Shown piece after piece: positions 37,899 to 49,700 of a stretch of DNA of 62,000 bases (position 1 is the first letter of the stretch; every line of letters begins with the position of its first letter). The stretch comes from Vicugna vicugna (lineage: Eukaryota): the NCBI GenBank assembly GCA_013265495.1, contig MU057651.1, forward strand, positions 2,084,948-2,146,947, read 5' to 3'. Below the pieces are notes generated by a model. That model saw only the letters and a list, made by a program, of their open reading frames with translations. It did no database searches and was not told where the DNA came from. The translations under genes were made by a program, and so were the position numbers.

Positions 37899-39185
37899 AG
37901 AAGTGAGTGTAGGATAGTGCAATCAAAAGAGATCCTTGAGTTCCTTCTTAAAGAGGTCAATGCTCATAAAGGTGGAGTTAGAAAATGGCCTAAATGAGTA
38001 ATGACTGATGGGACAGAAACAAGACTTAAAATCAGTGCTAGAGAAGGAAGTTGACTTCAGTCACACCCACTGCAGGAGCAGCAAACATCTGGGAATCTGG
38101 TGTTTCCCCGACTCCAGCTCGACACCCGCATCCTGCAGGTTAGTCACTATGTTTGCCTGTGGATCTGGGAAGGCTGGCTTTACATAATGGAAGCAGTCAC
38201 GACATCACGTCTTGCAAGAAGAAAAAGAAAGAAAAATCACGTGGAGGTGAATCATGGGCTAGGAGCGTAGGTGGGTGAACTGCATTCCATCTGAAACCAA
38301 AGCACATTCAGCAGTGCTTCTGTCCTCCTTCTCAGGAGGGATCTGTGATAAAGTTGGGTGTGGTTTGGAGGCTTAAAAATGTCTGCTGTTCTTGGAAAGG
38401 AAACTCTCCTGGTACCCCAAGAGTGTGTGGAAGGAACAGCCTCCATAAAGGCCCCCGAGGCTCAGAGTCACAGCTGGACAGAGACCTTACTTGATCGTGT
38501 GCCTTTGGTGAGGTTGCCCGTTGCGGGGCTACTGGGCTTCTCTGAACACTTCCTCCTGCTTTCCTTTGGGTTTTCTTCTGATAATACTGACAACATTCAA
38601 AAGTGAGGCAACCTCGTCAGACACTAAGCAAAATACTCAACTGGGAGATCATTACCCTAAAGTGTAGGAATAGCCAAATAGTGGGGACTCACAACCAAAG
38701 GAGACCCGAGCAGATCCACTCAAAACGAAGTGAGAGCCACCACAAACGAGATACAAGTTCGCGTAACTCCAACGAGAGAGGGCAGCAGTCCTAGTCAAGA
38801 CTGAGCAAGTGTAACACAGAAACCTAGAGAGTTTTGCTCCAGAGACATGGAAAGGGAAACCTGCTCCGAAGGACTCTAAATGGAGACTACAACCCAGAGC
38901 TCATCCATGGGACACCTGAGTCTTCACGTCAGCAGACTGGATCGTTCTTGACTTTATGACATTAACAGTCAAAGATGTGACTTACTTTTAGCAATCTGGA
39001 AAAGCCATAATCTATCGCAATACAGCCTAACACTCACCAAAGCCCTAAGGAGGAGAAAAAGGAATCATGGCCAGAAAGCACTTGAAACACACCCGAATTA
39101 TGCAGACGAGTGAGCTTAGCAGATCACACAACGTGAGTGTTTTGGTTTGAGGTTTTGTTTTTCACTTTTGCTTTGTTTGTTGTTG

Positions 39186-39430
39186 GGTTTTTTTTTTAAA
39201 TTGAAATGTAGTTGATTTACAACATTGTGTTCGTTTTTGCTGTGCAGCAATAGTAGTTCAGTTATACATACATATATATGTATATATATACACATTTTTT
39301 TCATTATAGGTTATTACAAGATATTGAATATAGTTCCCTGTGCTGCACAGTAGGACCTTGTTGTTTATCTGTTTTATACATAGTGATGTGTATCTATTAA
39401 TCCCCAAACTTCTAATTTATACCCCCCGCC
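39186..39430 (-). mobile_element. L1 3' end fragment
   Basis: TTTAAATTGAAATGTAGTTGATTTACAACATTG...GATATTGAATATAGTTCCCTGTGCTGCACAGTAGGACCTTGTTG. Confidence 0.88.
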
Positions 39431-39830
39431 CTTGTTTTGTGGTGTTTTTTTTTTAATTGAAGAGCAGTTCATGTTTATTGCATTCTTGTGAATGGGAAAA
39501 TCAATTTTCTCTCCCACTGCCAATGCGCAGGGAATGCCAAGTGTGCTCCTTGGCTTGTCTTTCACTGGTCTGGCGCCTGGACAAGGGTCAGCCTGCAGCA
39601 GAAAGGCCTCACTAGGGACACCTGGGGCAGCGAGTGGTTGTCTCAGATAGACTGGGCTCCACCAAGTGTGAGTAAGGGTTTCAAGAGAACTGAAGATGCT
39701 CAGACAAGTCATCAGTGGCTGCCACCCTGGAGCTGGTACCCTAGGAGAGGTGAACGGTCAGCCTCGGCTTCCATGAGAGCAGAAGGAGGGTGGACAGGAG
39801 ATCCAGGCCCAATGCCCACCAGGGCAAGAC

Positions 39831-39992
39831 GCAGAGGGCATAGCTCAGTGGTAGAGGGTGTGCTTGGCAAGCACAAGGTCTGGGGTTCAATCCCCGGGAC
39901 CTCTGTTAAAATAAAAAATTAAAAAGGAGTAAACCTAATTACCTCTACTCCCAAAGAAAACAAACCAAAAAAATTCAAAAATTAAAAACAAC
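39831..39992 (+). mobile_element. Camelid tRNA-derived SINE
   Basis: GAGGGCATAGCTCAGTGGTAGAG...GGGTTCAATCCCCGG...TAAACCTAATTACC, A-rich tail. Confidence 0.9.
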
Positions 39993-40045
39993 ATTTTTTG
40001 TAAATTACAGGGAAGAGACAAACAGGAGAGTGACATCCTAGAATT

Positions 40046-40255
40046 GAGATCAGCAAACTGTTCCCTGCGAAGGTCCAGATAACGGGTACTTTAGCCTTTC
40101 TTAATCACTGTTGCATCTGCTCCACTTTGCAGCTGTGGAATAAAAAAGCTCCTGACAATACATAACACGTGGGTGTAGCCAGGCTCCAGTCAGATTTTAC
40201 TTGTAAATTCAGGTTGCCAGCTGAGCTGAATTTGGCTGTGGTTGGCCAATGCCTG
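40046..40255. mobile_element. MER58-like hAT-Charlie MITE
   Basis: GATCAGCAAACTGTTCCCTGCGAAGGTCCAGATAA...CTGCTCCACTTTGCAGCTGTGG...AGACAATAC-like...GAATTTGGC...GCCAATGCCTG. Confidence 0.7.
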
Positions 40256-40299
40256 CCTTTGGGAGAGTCTTCACATTTTTAAATAAAATTGCACTTCAG

Positions 40300-40557
40300 A
40301 TAGCAGATACAAACTACTATATACAGAATATTTTTTAAAAGTTTATATATATATTTTGTAGATAGGATGGATGGATAGATAGATTGGATAGATAGGATGG
40401 ATGGATGGATGGATGGATGGATAGATAGATAGAATGGATAGATAGATAGATTGATAGATAGATAGAATGGATAGATAGATAGATTGATAGAATGTATGGA
40501 TGGATAGATAGATAGACAGACAGATAGAATGGATGGATGGATAGATAAATAGATAGG

Positions 40558-40601
<44 letters not shown>

Positions 40602-40681
40602 AAGAAAGAATGGATGGATAGATTGGATGGATAGATAGGATGGATGGATGGATGGGTAGATAGATAAATAGATAGATAGAC

Positions 40682-40723
<42 letters not shown>

Positions 40724-41025
40724 GCAGATAGATAGGCAGATAGATAGGATGGATGGATGGATAGATAAATAGATAGGTAGATAGATAGATAGAATGGATG
40801 GATGGATGGATGGGTGGATAGCTAGCTAGCTAGATGATTGATAGACAGAGAGAGAGAGAGAGAGATACAACATGGCCCTACTGTACAGCACTAGGAACTG
40901 TATTCAATAGCTTGTAACAACCTATAATGAAAAAGGATATATGTAGATATGTGTAACTGAACCACGATGCTGCACACCAGGAGGTAACACAACACTGCAA
41001 ACCAAATATCCTTCAGTTAAAAAAC
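40300..41025 (+). mobile_element. L1 3'UTR fragment split by a GATA/GGAT microsatellite
   Basis: TAGCAGATACAAACTACTATAT before the repeat, and CAACATGGCCCTACTGTACAGCAC.GGAACTGTATTCAATA...GTAACTGAACCAC after it. Confidence 0.85.
40359..40865. repeat. Compound (GATA)n/(GGAT)n/(GA)n microsatellite, about 500 bp
   Basis: Directly visible. Confidence 0.97.
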
Positions 41026-41424
41026 ATCTTAAAGCATTTGCACATCACCGCTCAGACAACCACTGAAACATTTTTATACGTACCCCATCCAGCACAGTCG
41101 CCAAACTTTTATGTGACATTTATATGAACTTTTACATGAAATCTTGATGTATGAATGGGAAATTACAGCGTGTACATAATCCACGTAGATATGTGTAACT
41201 GAACCACGATGCTGCACACCAAGAGGTAACAAAACAGTGCAAACCAAATATCCTTCAGTTAAAAAACATCTTAAAGCATTTGCACATCACCGCTCAGACA
41301 ACCACTGAAACATTTTTATACATACCCCATCCAGCACAGTCGCCAAACTTTTATGTGACATTTATATGAACTTTTACATGAAATCTTGATGTATGAATGG
41401 GAAATTACAGCGTGTACATAATCC
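40943..41424. repeat. Tandem duplication of 240 bp (40943-41182 and 41185-41424)
   Basis: Both copies start GTAGATATGTGTAACTGAACCACGATGCTGCACACC and end GTGTACATAATCC; there are a few substitutions and a 2-nt AC linker. Confidence 0.93.
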
Positions 41425-41767
41425 CATAAAAATTCTTCGTAAATACTGAGGCCTCTATGTAATATTCCACCATATGGACAGGTCAACTCGTACTTAAACC
41501 ACGTAAACTGGGTGAAAGTTTGCCTCACATGTTTTGCTGTTACAGGTACTTTTGTGACACGCAAACTTGCTGTGGGCTTGGGAACACAAAAAGGAATTAG
41601 AGGAAAGAGACTGACTTTTCAGTATTTCCTAGAGCCCGACTTTTCCTGGGACAGAGCAGAGAATAACGAAAGAATTTTTCCGCACTTAAAAATAACAATT
41701 ACTGCTCTAAGTGATCATTCTATTGCTGTGAAAATTTGAACCCCCCCAAAAAACTATATTTTTCAGT

Positions 41768-41905
41768 GCTGTGTGTTGTGATAAATGTTAACTAGACTTC
41801 ATTGTGGTGATCGCTTCTCAATATATGCAAAAACGGAACCATTGCATTTGTACCCCGGAAACTAATACAGTGTCACGTGCCGTTTCTATGTACTTCTTAA
41901 AAAAA
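41768..41905 (+). mobile_element. Older L1 (L1MA/MB-like) extreme 3' end
   Basis: TGTTAACTAGACTTCATTGTGGTGATCGCTTC.CAATATAT...GTACCCCGGAAACTAATACA...A-tail. Confidence 0.7.
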
Positions 41906-42199
41906 TTAAGCACTGTTGTAACAAATGGTAATTCTACTAACGTGAACATTTGGACCAAACAATTGTGCTGTGGTCCATGATCAGAAACCATAACAAAGTT
42001 GAAGTATTCAGTTCCAACAGTTGAGTTTTAAATTCGACTATTAGGAAAAAGCATCTTGAAGATGAAGTTCAGGAACCACACAAAAAAAATTAATAGTAAT
42101 AGTTATAATAATAATAATTTACATTTGTATCATGACTTACTGGTTTTAAAATCACTTTCACATATATTATTTGTGGAATTAGCACTTCCTCCAGGAACC

Positions 42200-42354
42200 T
42201 ATTTTATTTTATTTATTTTCAAGGGGAGTTACTTTTCATTATTATTACTTTTAGAATTTGTTTTAATTTTTATTTTTACTGGAGGCACTGGGGCTTGAAC
42301 CCAGGACCTCGTGCGTGCTAAGCACACGCTCTACCCCTGAGCTACACCCTCCCC
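42200..42354 (-). mobile_element. Camelid tRNA-derived SINE
   Basis: Reverse complement GGGGAGGGTGTAGCTCAGGGGTAGAGCGTGTGCTTAGCACGCACGAGGTCCTGGGTTCAAGCCCCAGTGCCTCC. Confidence 0.9.
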
Positions 42355-42787
42355 GCTAGGTACCAACTTTTAGACAATAGATGGATGATCTCAATTAAGC
42401 AAATCAGCCTCTTGAGACGATACACTCAAGCTTCAGCTGAAGCACATGTGTAACCTGTACAGCACGATCGCAAACTGAACGCTGAAATATCTTTCTAGGA
42501 GAGGAATTTGCAGTTGAGCATCCCCTAACTCCGCTTCCCGCAGCTGCTGTGCCCCCAGAGGGCCCGGTTGCTTGCATTTCCTTTCCTTTCGGGCGGGCAG
42601 CGGCAGGCATGTGGTATGGCTAAAGCAGTTAACAGCAGGCTTGATAAAAAGGCCAAGTTAGTTTCGGAATTAAATAAAACCTAACATTTCCGTCAACACC
42701 ACAATTTTACAAAGACCCAAATGCATGCTAGAAAGTGGATTTTCTAACTCTAGATTACTCTCTCATTCTTAAAAATAGTTCTTTCTT

Positions 42788-42977
42788 AATTGTAGAATAG
42801 ATAAACAAGATTACACTGTATAGCACAGGGAAATATACACAAGATCTTATGGTGGCTCACAAAGAAAAAAATGTGACAATGAATATATATATGTTCCTGT
42901 GTAACTGAAAAATTGTGCTGTACACTGGAATTTGACACAACATTGTAAAATGATTATAAATCAATAAAAAAAGTTAA
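42788..42977 (+). mobile_element. Young 5'-truncated L1 with a perfect 17-bp TSD
   Basis: TSD AAAAATAGTTCTTTCTT at 42771-42787 and 42978-42994, preceded by TT (TT/AAAA L1 endonuclease site). Confidence 0.93.
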
Positions 42978-44126
42978 AAAAATAGTTCTTTCTTTTCGTT
43001 ATTCTTTACCATAAGAATCACTGTCCATCTGTCCATCTTATGGACTCGTGTTCAAAAAACAAATTCATTCTGAAGCATGATGATCCTGCGTTGTGTAAAG
43101 AGGCTTTTCCTTGGTGAAATTCCCAGAAAACCAAAAGGCAACTCAGACGGTGAAGTTCTGTTTCAATCAATCCAACAGTTACTGCTTGGTTTTTCCATTT
43201 GTTAGTTGTTGAACATAAAGGGTTAAAGAAAAGCAATGTCTCTCGAAGTATTTTGGTTGGTTTCATTACAGACAGAAACAACAGAAATGGTACACTAAAA
43301 AACACTATAAAATTTGCAGCAGGTTATTGGATTGGGACACAAACTCAAAGACAAGAGAGAAAATTAAAATCCACATGAAAGAAATTCTGCAAATGTCCTC
43401 TCCATCTGTCTGAGGTTGACAAACAGAATCTCAGGTTACATTAAGGCGGGGAGCGCAAATTAAAATAGCTACAAAACCAAATTTACCGCAAACTTCTCAG
43501 CAAGGGCAGAAGGGCTGATGTCCTAGCAACGTGAAGAATTTCAATTAACCAGTCTTGTTAAAAAGACTTCTGCAAAGAGCAGGTGTTGAAATTCAGGGCA
43601 GGCCCCGTGTCGGGAGTCTAAATGGTGACCTGTGATTGGGGGACGGACGTGGGCATCACACCCTCAAATTGATTAAAAAAAAATCCTGAGAAACCAGAAG
43701 GAAACAGTTGTTTATAGCGAAAATATGGTTGAAGAATCTTTCTGATCCCCCTCTCCAAGCGTAACGAGAACCGTGGACAGAATTGGTGTTACCAGCGTTG
43801 CCTGAAAAGCCTCAAATGAAGACTTTAACTGAACGGGCTCTCGGGTTGGTGGCAGTGGGAGTGACTGACAGAAGCAAATCTCTGAAGGCATGTCGTTTCC
43901 AATCACAGATACAATTCCAAAAGTTTTTTTTTCCAACTATAAGACATTAAGAGAAAAAAAAAATCATAGACCATGCAAAGAGACAAGGCGTGTTGAACAC
44001 AAGCAAACAAACAAAACATACCATGTAGGTGTTAGAATGGAGCAGAGTGTAAATTGTTTAACACATGTCTCAAAATAAACGTGGTGCTTTGAAAAGTCAG
44101 CAGCAAGGACCAAGCAGATTTGAAGG

Positions 44127-44230
44127 AAATAAACAAAGAAACCAACAAACTCAAAATTGAGGGAAAAAAGGATTAAAAATAAACAAAGAAACCAACAAAC
44201 TCAAAATTGAGGAAAAAAAGGATCAAAAAT
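44127..44230. repeat. Tandem duplication, 50-bp period, two copies
   Basis: AAATAAACAAAGAAACCAACAAACTCAAAATTGAGG(G/A)AAAAAAGGAT(T/C)AA occurs twice. Confidence 0.9.
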
Positions 44231-44520
44231 GGGGATTCACTGGATAGATGAAACAGCAGATTAGATACTGGTAAAAGTCAAATTTTAGCAAGCATGACCA
44301 TAGATCATGAAAAATTGTTCCGAAGACTGCACAGAGAGAATAAGGGAAAAAAAGTTTAAAATATAAAGAAGAGGTACATACATAGAACATTATTAGCAAG
44401 AATTCAAGAAAGAGATTGTAGAAGGATTGGGCAAAAGGTAATATTTGTTACGATAACAGTTGAGAATTTTGCAGAATGTTTAAATAAAAAACCAGTCCCC
44501 TGAATCAGCATCACAGTGAA
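44230..44520 (+). mobile_element. Very old L1 ORF1-region fragment
   Basis: TTCACTGGATAG..AAACAGCAGATTAGATAC, GCACAGAGAGAATAA and ATAACAGTTGAGAATTTT resemble L1M ORF1. Confidence 0.55.
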
Positions 44521-44676
44521 TCGTAAAATCGACTACAGAAACAATGATATTTTACTGAAAAAAAAGGGAAAGTTTTTCCCGTTGACAAATAGTTATTTTT
44601 ACAGAGTGTCTTTTTGGCAAAGATTAATAATCTGAACTGAAAAGTCATCAAAACAAACGTATGGATGAGTAACTGA

Positions 44677-44845
44677 GGGGGGAGGGTGTAGCTCAGGGGT
44701 AGAGTGCGTGCTTAGCGTGCATGAGGTCCTGGGTTCCATCCCCGGTACCTCCTTTAAAAATAAACCTAATTGCATGCCCCCTCCCCGCCAAAATTACATA
44801 ATCAAGTAACACAGTAATTAATAAATAAAATTTTAAAAAACAATA
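44677..44845 (+). mobile_element. Camelid tRNA-derived SINE, followed by an L1 ORF2 fragment (about 44846-45005)
   Basis: GGGGGAGGGTGTAGCTCAGGGGTAGAGTGCGTGCTTAGCGTGCATGAGGTCCTGGGTTCCATCCCCGGTACCTCC...AAACCTAATT. Confidence 0.9.
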
Positions 44846-45639
44846 AAAAGACAAACAATCCAACTGAAAACTAGGCAAAGGCTTTTGGAAAGACATTTCT
44901 CCACCGAAGATACACAAAGGGCCACCAACATCATTCGCCATCAGAGAAATACTAACCAAGGCTGCAGCGAGATCCCACTCCACACCGACGGGGGTGGCCA
45001 CAGTTTGAAAATTACAATGAAATTATATTCATATTATTAAAACTGTAATGTTAAATTTTTTAAATATGGGAAATAACACTATGACACAATATTGCAAGAT
45101 CAGCCAGCAAGGAGACAGGGAGCAGGACTCAAATCCGTTTCCAGGTCTGGGATTCGGTCAAACTTTTATGAGTTGGGGGCGGAGGAGGGTTTGGTCTGCG
45201 GAAGCTCTGGGGGGCAGGGTTTGAAAATTTGAGTGTTCAGATTATTGTATACTTCACATCCTTACATTTCCTTTGAACATACTGGATATTAGTGGGGGAA
45301 AAAAAGAAAATTTAAGTGAAACCAGGTGAATGTAAGTGGGCATTTGTCATCTGCCCACTCGGGGGAATGGATCTCGTCCTACAGACACCATACCACTGGC
45401 TCCTCACCTCTTGCCCCTCTTGCCCACCCTATTTAGCTTCCTTTTACTTTATTATGAAAAGTGGTTAACAGTGTTCCCCAGTTCCCAAAGGCGAACTCAT
45501 TGCAAAAGCGCACCTTTAGGTATTCAAGTCCATCGCAGCTTAAACAGAGACAGCGTTCGAAATACTCAGCCCTGTTGCACAGCAGACACCGACCAATGAC
45601 AACGAACGCAGAGATCAGCCAGGATGCAAAAAATTAGCA

Positions 45640-45779
45640 GGGAGGGTGTAGCTCAGTGGTAAAGAGCGTGCTTAGCAGGCGCGAGGTCCTGGGTTCCATC
45701 CCCAGTGCCTCCATTAAAAAATAAAATTTAAAAAAAAGTAAATAGATCTAATTACATCGCCCCTGCAAGAAAAAAAAAC
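45640..45779 (+). mobile_element. Camelid tRNA-derived SINE
   Basis: GGGAGGGTGTAGCTCAGTGGTAAAGAGCGTGCTTAGCAGGCGCGAGGTCCTGGGTTCCATCCCCAGTGCCTCC plus tail. Confidence 0.9.
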
Positions 45780-46140
45780 AGGATTTTTTTAAAGATTATG
45801 TAAAAATTTGTCATAGCGTCTCACGCTGAAGGAACCCCATCTCAACACTGGTGCAAAGCAGGTCACTGGTAAATGCGGACATCGTGGTGATGTCCACAGC
45901 TGCAAACATCTGGAGTTTCTCTGAAGTCTGATCCTGAACCGTTTGCTGGCTTTAAGCTCAGAGGAAGCAAATCACGTAGGAAGTGAGTCAAGCTGACGAC
46001 AGACACGCCAGCCGCTCTGTTTCCACCTGCTGCAGCGCAGCGACCTCGTGGAATGAGTCAAATGCTCAAGCGAACTTACAAACCCGGCCGTCCCCAGGCC
46101 TTGGCCAAAGCATTCCTCGTCCCCATCCCTGCTCCACCCA

Positions 46141-46612
46141 TGAAGGGGGAGGAAGCAAACGGACAAACTGACTCCCCGGGTGCAGCCTGCCTGGCAGGCC
46201 TGGCAGCGTGCTTGTCCCTCCCTTTCTGTTTTTCACCCGCGCTCCCCTCTCGGTGACGCATTATTTACTGAGAACAGCTCCAAGCCACAGGCTGTGCCCC
46301 AGGAAGAAGGTGACACGCTGATCATCTCAGAAGGACGGACCAGCCCTCGGGGGTTCCTCCTCCTGCCAGGAAGGTTCATCGAGGTTAAGGGGAACGTAGC
46401 AGCGTGCAGAACACCCTGATGGGTACCACATTTTCCAGTCCACCCAGCTTTCCTATAAAACCTCAGGACCCCACGCCCAGGATGGATTCACAGTCCCTAA
46501 GACGTGAGCCCGCCTGGCGAAGCAGGAATCTCTTCTTTTCTGACTCTCCCAAAACTCTGCCTCCGGGTCTCAATCCGGTTTTTGGGGTACAGAGGCTGGT
46601 TTTGTGGCAACA
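46141..46612 (+). mobile_element. ERV1-like solo LTR
   Basis: TG...CA termini (TGAAGGGG...GTGGCAACA), flanks CCCA/CCAA, TATAAAA at 46454, U5-like CCCAAAACTCTGCCTCC...GGTACAGAGGCTG. Confidence 0.7.
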
Positions 46613-47080
46613 CCAATTTGAGACCACACATTTGACACTAGACCGAATCTTTTTTGTAGTCTCAACCCACGCGGCTAAGTAAACCATTCCAGGACCGTGA
46701 CTGTCTTTTTTTCTCTTTATTTCTAGTACCAATTATCATGCATGCCTAGAAGAAATGGGAGCTGCTAATGAACTTTGTGTCCCACTATTAAAGATGAGAA
46801 CAAAGCTTTCAGTCCTTAAGATATTTAAGGATGATCTGCGTGTGATGCCTTTTCTCTTTTTCTTTTTATCTTTTTCTTGACAGGAAAACAATGAAGAGAC
46901 AAGGGACGTTGTATCGTCCTGCTGAAGTGGCAACTGTGTTGACATTTCTCAGCTTTGGAAGGGAAACAATTTATAGCTCATGTTACTCCATCAATAAAAT
47001 GGTGCTTGTCAGATAATAACTTTGTGGGAAAAAATCAGGTCATTCATCTAGGAACAGATGGATGAATTACTCAGGAAGAA

Positions 47081-47625
47081 ACTTGAGATTTGCAAACGTT
47101 AGCCACTCTATAAAAATAGATTTAAAAAACTCAGATTTCTTCTGTACAGCACAGGGAACTATATTCGATATCTTGTAATAATCTATAATGAAAAAGAATA
47201 TGAAAAGGAATCTATCCACCTATCTATCTATCTATCCATCCATCCATGTATCTATCTGTCCATCCATCTATCTATCCATCCATCTATCCATCTATGTATC
47301 TATCTATCTACCTATCATCCATCTATCCATCCATCCATCCATCCATTTATCCATATATCTATCTATCTATCTATCTATCTATCCATCCATCCATCTATGT
47401 ATCTATTTGTCCATCCATCTATCTATCCATCCATCTATCTATCCATCTATGTATCTATCTATCTACCTATCATCCATCTATCCATCCATCCATCCATCCA
47501 TCCATCCATTTATCCATATATCTATCTATCTATCTATCTATAGATAGGTATAACTGAATCACTATGCTGTACCCCAGAAACTAACACAGCATTGTAAACC
47601 GACTATATATTAAGTAAAAAAAAAA
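47081..47625 (+). mobile_element. L1 3'UTR fragment split by a TATC/CATC microsatellite
   Basis: GAGATTTGCAAA...CTGTACAGCACAGGGAACTATATTC...AAAAGAATATGAAAAGGAA [repeat] TATAACTGAATCACTATGCTGTAC...A-tail. Confidence 0.88.
47211..47540. repeat. Compound (TATC)n/(CATC)n microsatellite with a higher-order two-fold repeat
   Basis: Directly visible. Landmarks (TGTCCATCC, CTACCTATCATCC, CATTTATCCATATATC) each occur twice, about 150-165 nt apart. Confidence 0.95.
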
Positions 47626-49269
47626 ATCCCCAAACAAAACTCCCAGCTGCTTTGGACAGATGTACTGGACAAAACAGAAAAGGAGTAGGAACTGAAACTC
47701 CTTTGCAGGTGACTGTCTTGCATGGGAAAATATGAGCCTTTAATCAGATACACTCCCCCCTCCCCCACCGCCCCGTTGGAGGTGAGCATTAGTGTGTCAG
47801 TTTCGCAAATTCTGACAACCTAGGACTCGGAGCATCAAACTTGTCCTGCGATGTAGAGACAAAAAGTGATGGAAGCTCATGGAAACTGCGGCTGGGTATC
47901 TTTCAAAGACTCCTTCCATCACATCGCCACCGCCCTGAAAGGGATTAAACGCAGCAGGAACTCAAAGTGAACTTGTCGGTGAAAGGGAGGTCCCCGTCGG
48001 TGGAGGAGTCCAAGAAGGGATCGGAAGGAAAAGGTGACAAGAAGAAAAAGGAGGCCCGTCACGATTACGTCTGACGGGCAGGGCAGGCGTGCGATGCTAA
48101 GTGATGCGTCTTCTCGGCTGCACTGGCTCGAAAAGAGACCTGTTCAGTCTCACAAAACATCATCAAACCCATTCTGAGGATGCTGGCCGCACTGCAGACA
48201 GCGTGGGGCTACAACCCCAGAAGGAGGCAAAGCCTAGACAATCCACGGGTGACAAGTGGGGCCCCGCTGCACCCATAGCTTCTGCAGGGCCACACTGACC
48301 TGGCGCAGGGGCACGCGGGGACCGGCCGCGGGTGAGCCCCAGGCCCCTGAGCAGGGAGCGTCATGCCCGGACCGACCATTCCCGGGCCTAACCCGCCTTG
48401 GACCCCGTGGGACAAGTCACCGCTGACATCCCTGCGCCCCTGCTCTGCCCCGAGCTCTTCTCTGACAGGGCTGGCCAGGTGGGGAGGTGCCGTTTCTGAG
48501 GCTGGAAAAGATCCGCCATTGGAGAGAAGGAGGCTGGCCCAGTTCCAGACACTTGGCAGGTGGAGAAACAGTTATTCAGCAAATTTGGAACCAAGTATGG
48601 AAATGAGTTTGCTGAGTTCCCCAGAGCAGGTGGATCGACTCGGAAGCTTCCCGGGAAATTTATTTCAAGAAAAACTGGGGTAGGGGGTGGGGGGTAGGGC
48701 AGGATATAAAAACAGGACACTCTGGGGATCAAGGCTTCTGAAATGTAAGCCCACGTTTCAGCGGATAGAAGCACCTGCTTTCTCAGGTTGGGTTTTTCCA
48801 AAGTAAATAAATATTTCGGGCAGCCTGTCCAGTAAAGGCAGTGATTAATTTTAAGAGCTAATCCATGCACCAGCCTACACTAACCCCATGGACGCTAATT
48901 ACCCAGTCGGCCAGACCACTCCAACCAGGTCCTCTCTGTCACTGCAGTAAAATGTCTGTGACAACATGCATCTTCTAATAAAGGGACATCAAAGCTGTTT
49001 CTAACTGTTGAGATGGCCTAGCCCTGCCTCTGGGAATTCCGATGTCTTCCCCATGTGGGTCAACTTTAGTTTCTTCAGGGATGGATGTCTGCCACTCAAG
49101 CTGATTTCCGCCCACTTTGGCACAGGATGGACACGGCTCTTCCAACCCAGAGCAAGTTCAGGGGGATGCAAAGCTGCAAAAAAAAAAAAAAATCAGACAA
49201 TTAGCTGCTGTTACCAGGACACATGGGTGTCCTGCAAGAGGTGACCAGGGAGATTGTAAGTCATATGCA

Positions 49270-49700
49270 CCCTTATTGTAGACGTGACAATTCTATTTCT
49301 CAGGAAAATGGACACTACGTTCACAGAAAGACTTGTGTAAAAACGCTCACATCAGCTTTTATTCTGAAAGCCAGAAACAACCTGAATGTCCATCAGGAGG
49401 GGAAAGGGAAAAATAGCTCTGGTGGAGCCGTACGAGGGGACGTCACTCAGCCATCAGGTGAGCAGCTCCCCGGCGTACGTGACACTTGAAAGCATCTTGG
49501 AAACGTTACAGCGAGTGAAATTGGGGACCAAAGACTCTTGGGTGCTGCGTGGTTCCAAGTATGGGAAGTGCTTAACCAGCAGAATGATGGACGTCCTCTG
49601 GGACTCAGGGGTGGGACTGCTGGGCAGGCAGAGAAGGGACTGACTGAGCTGTAACAATGTGTATCTTGATCTGTGTGCGGTAACACAGGTAACACACACT
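49270..49700 (+). mobile_element. Very old L1 (L1ME-like) 3' fragment
   Basis: ACGTTCACAGAAAGACTTGTGTAAAAACGCTCACATCAGCTTTATT...GCCAGAAACAACCTGAATGTCCATCA; ATGTGTATCTTGATCTG. Confidence 0.6.

Noticed and set aside
47188..47557. ORFs rich in SIYL/SIHP
   Set aside because: Translation of the TATC/CATC microsatellite.
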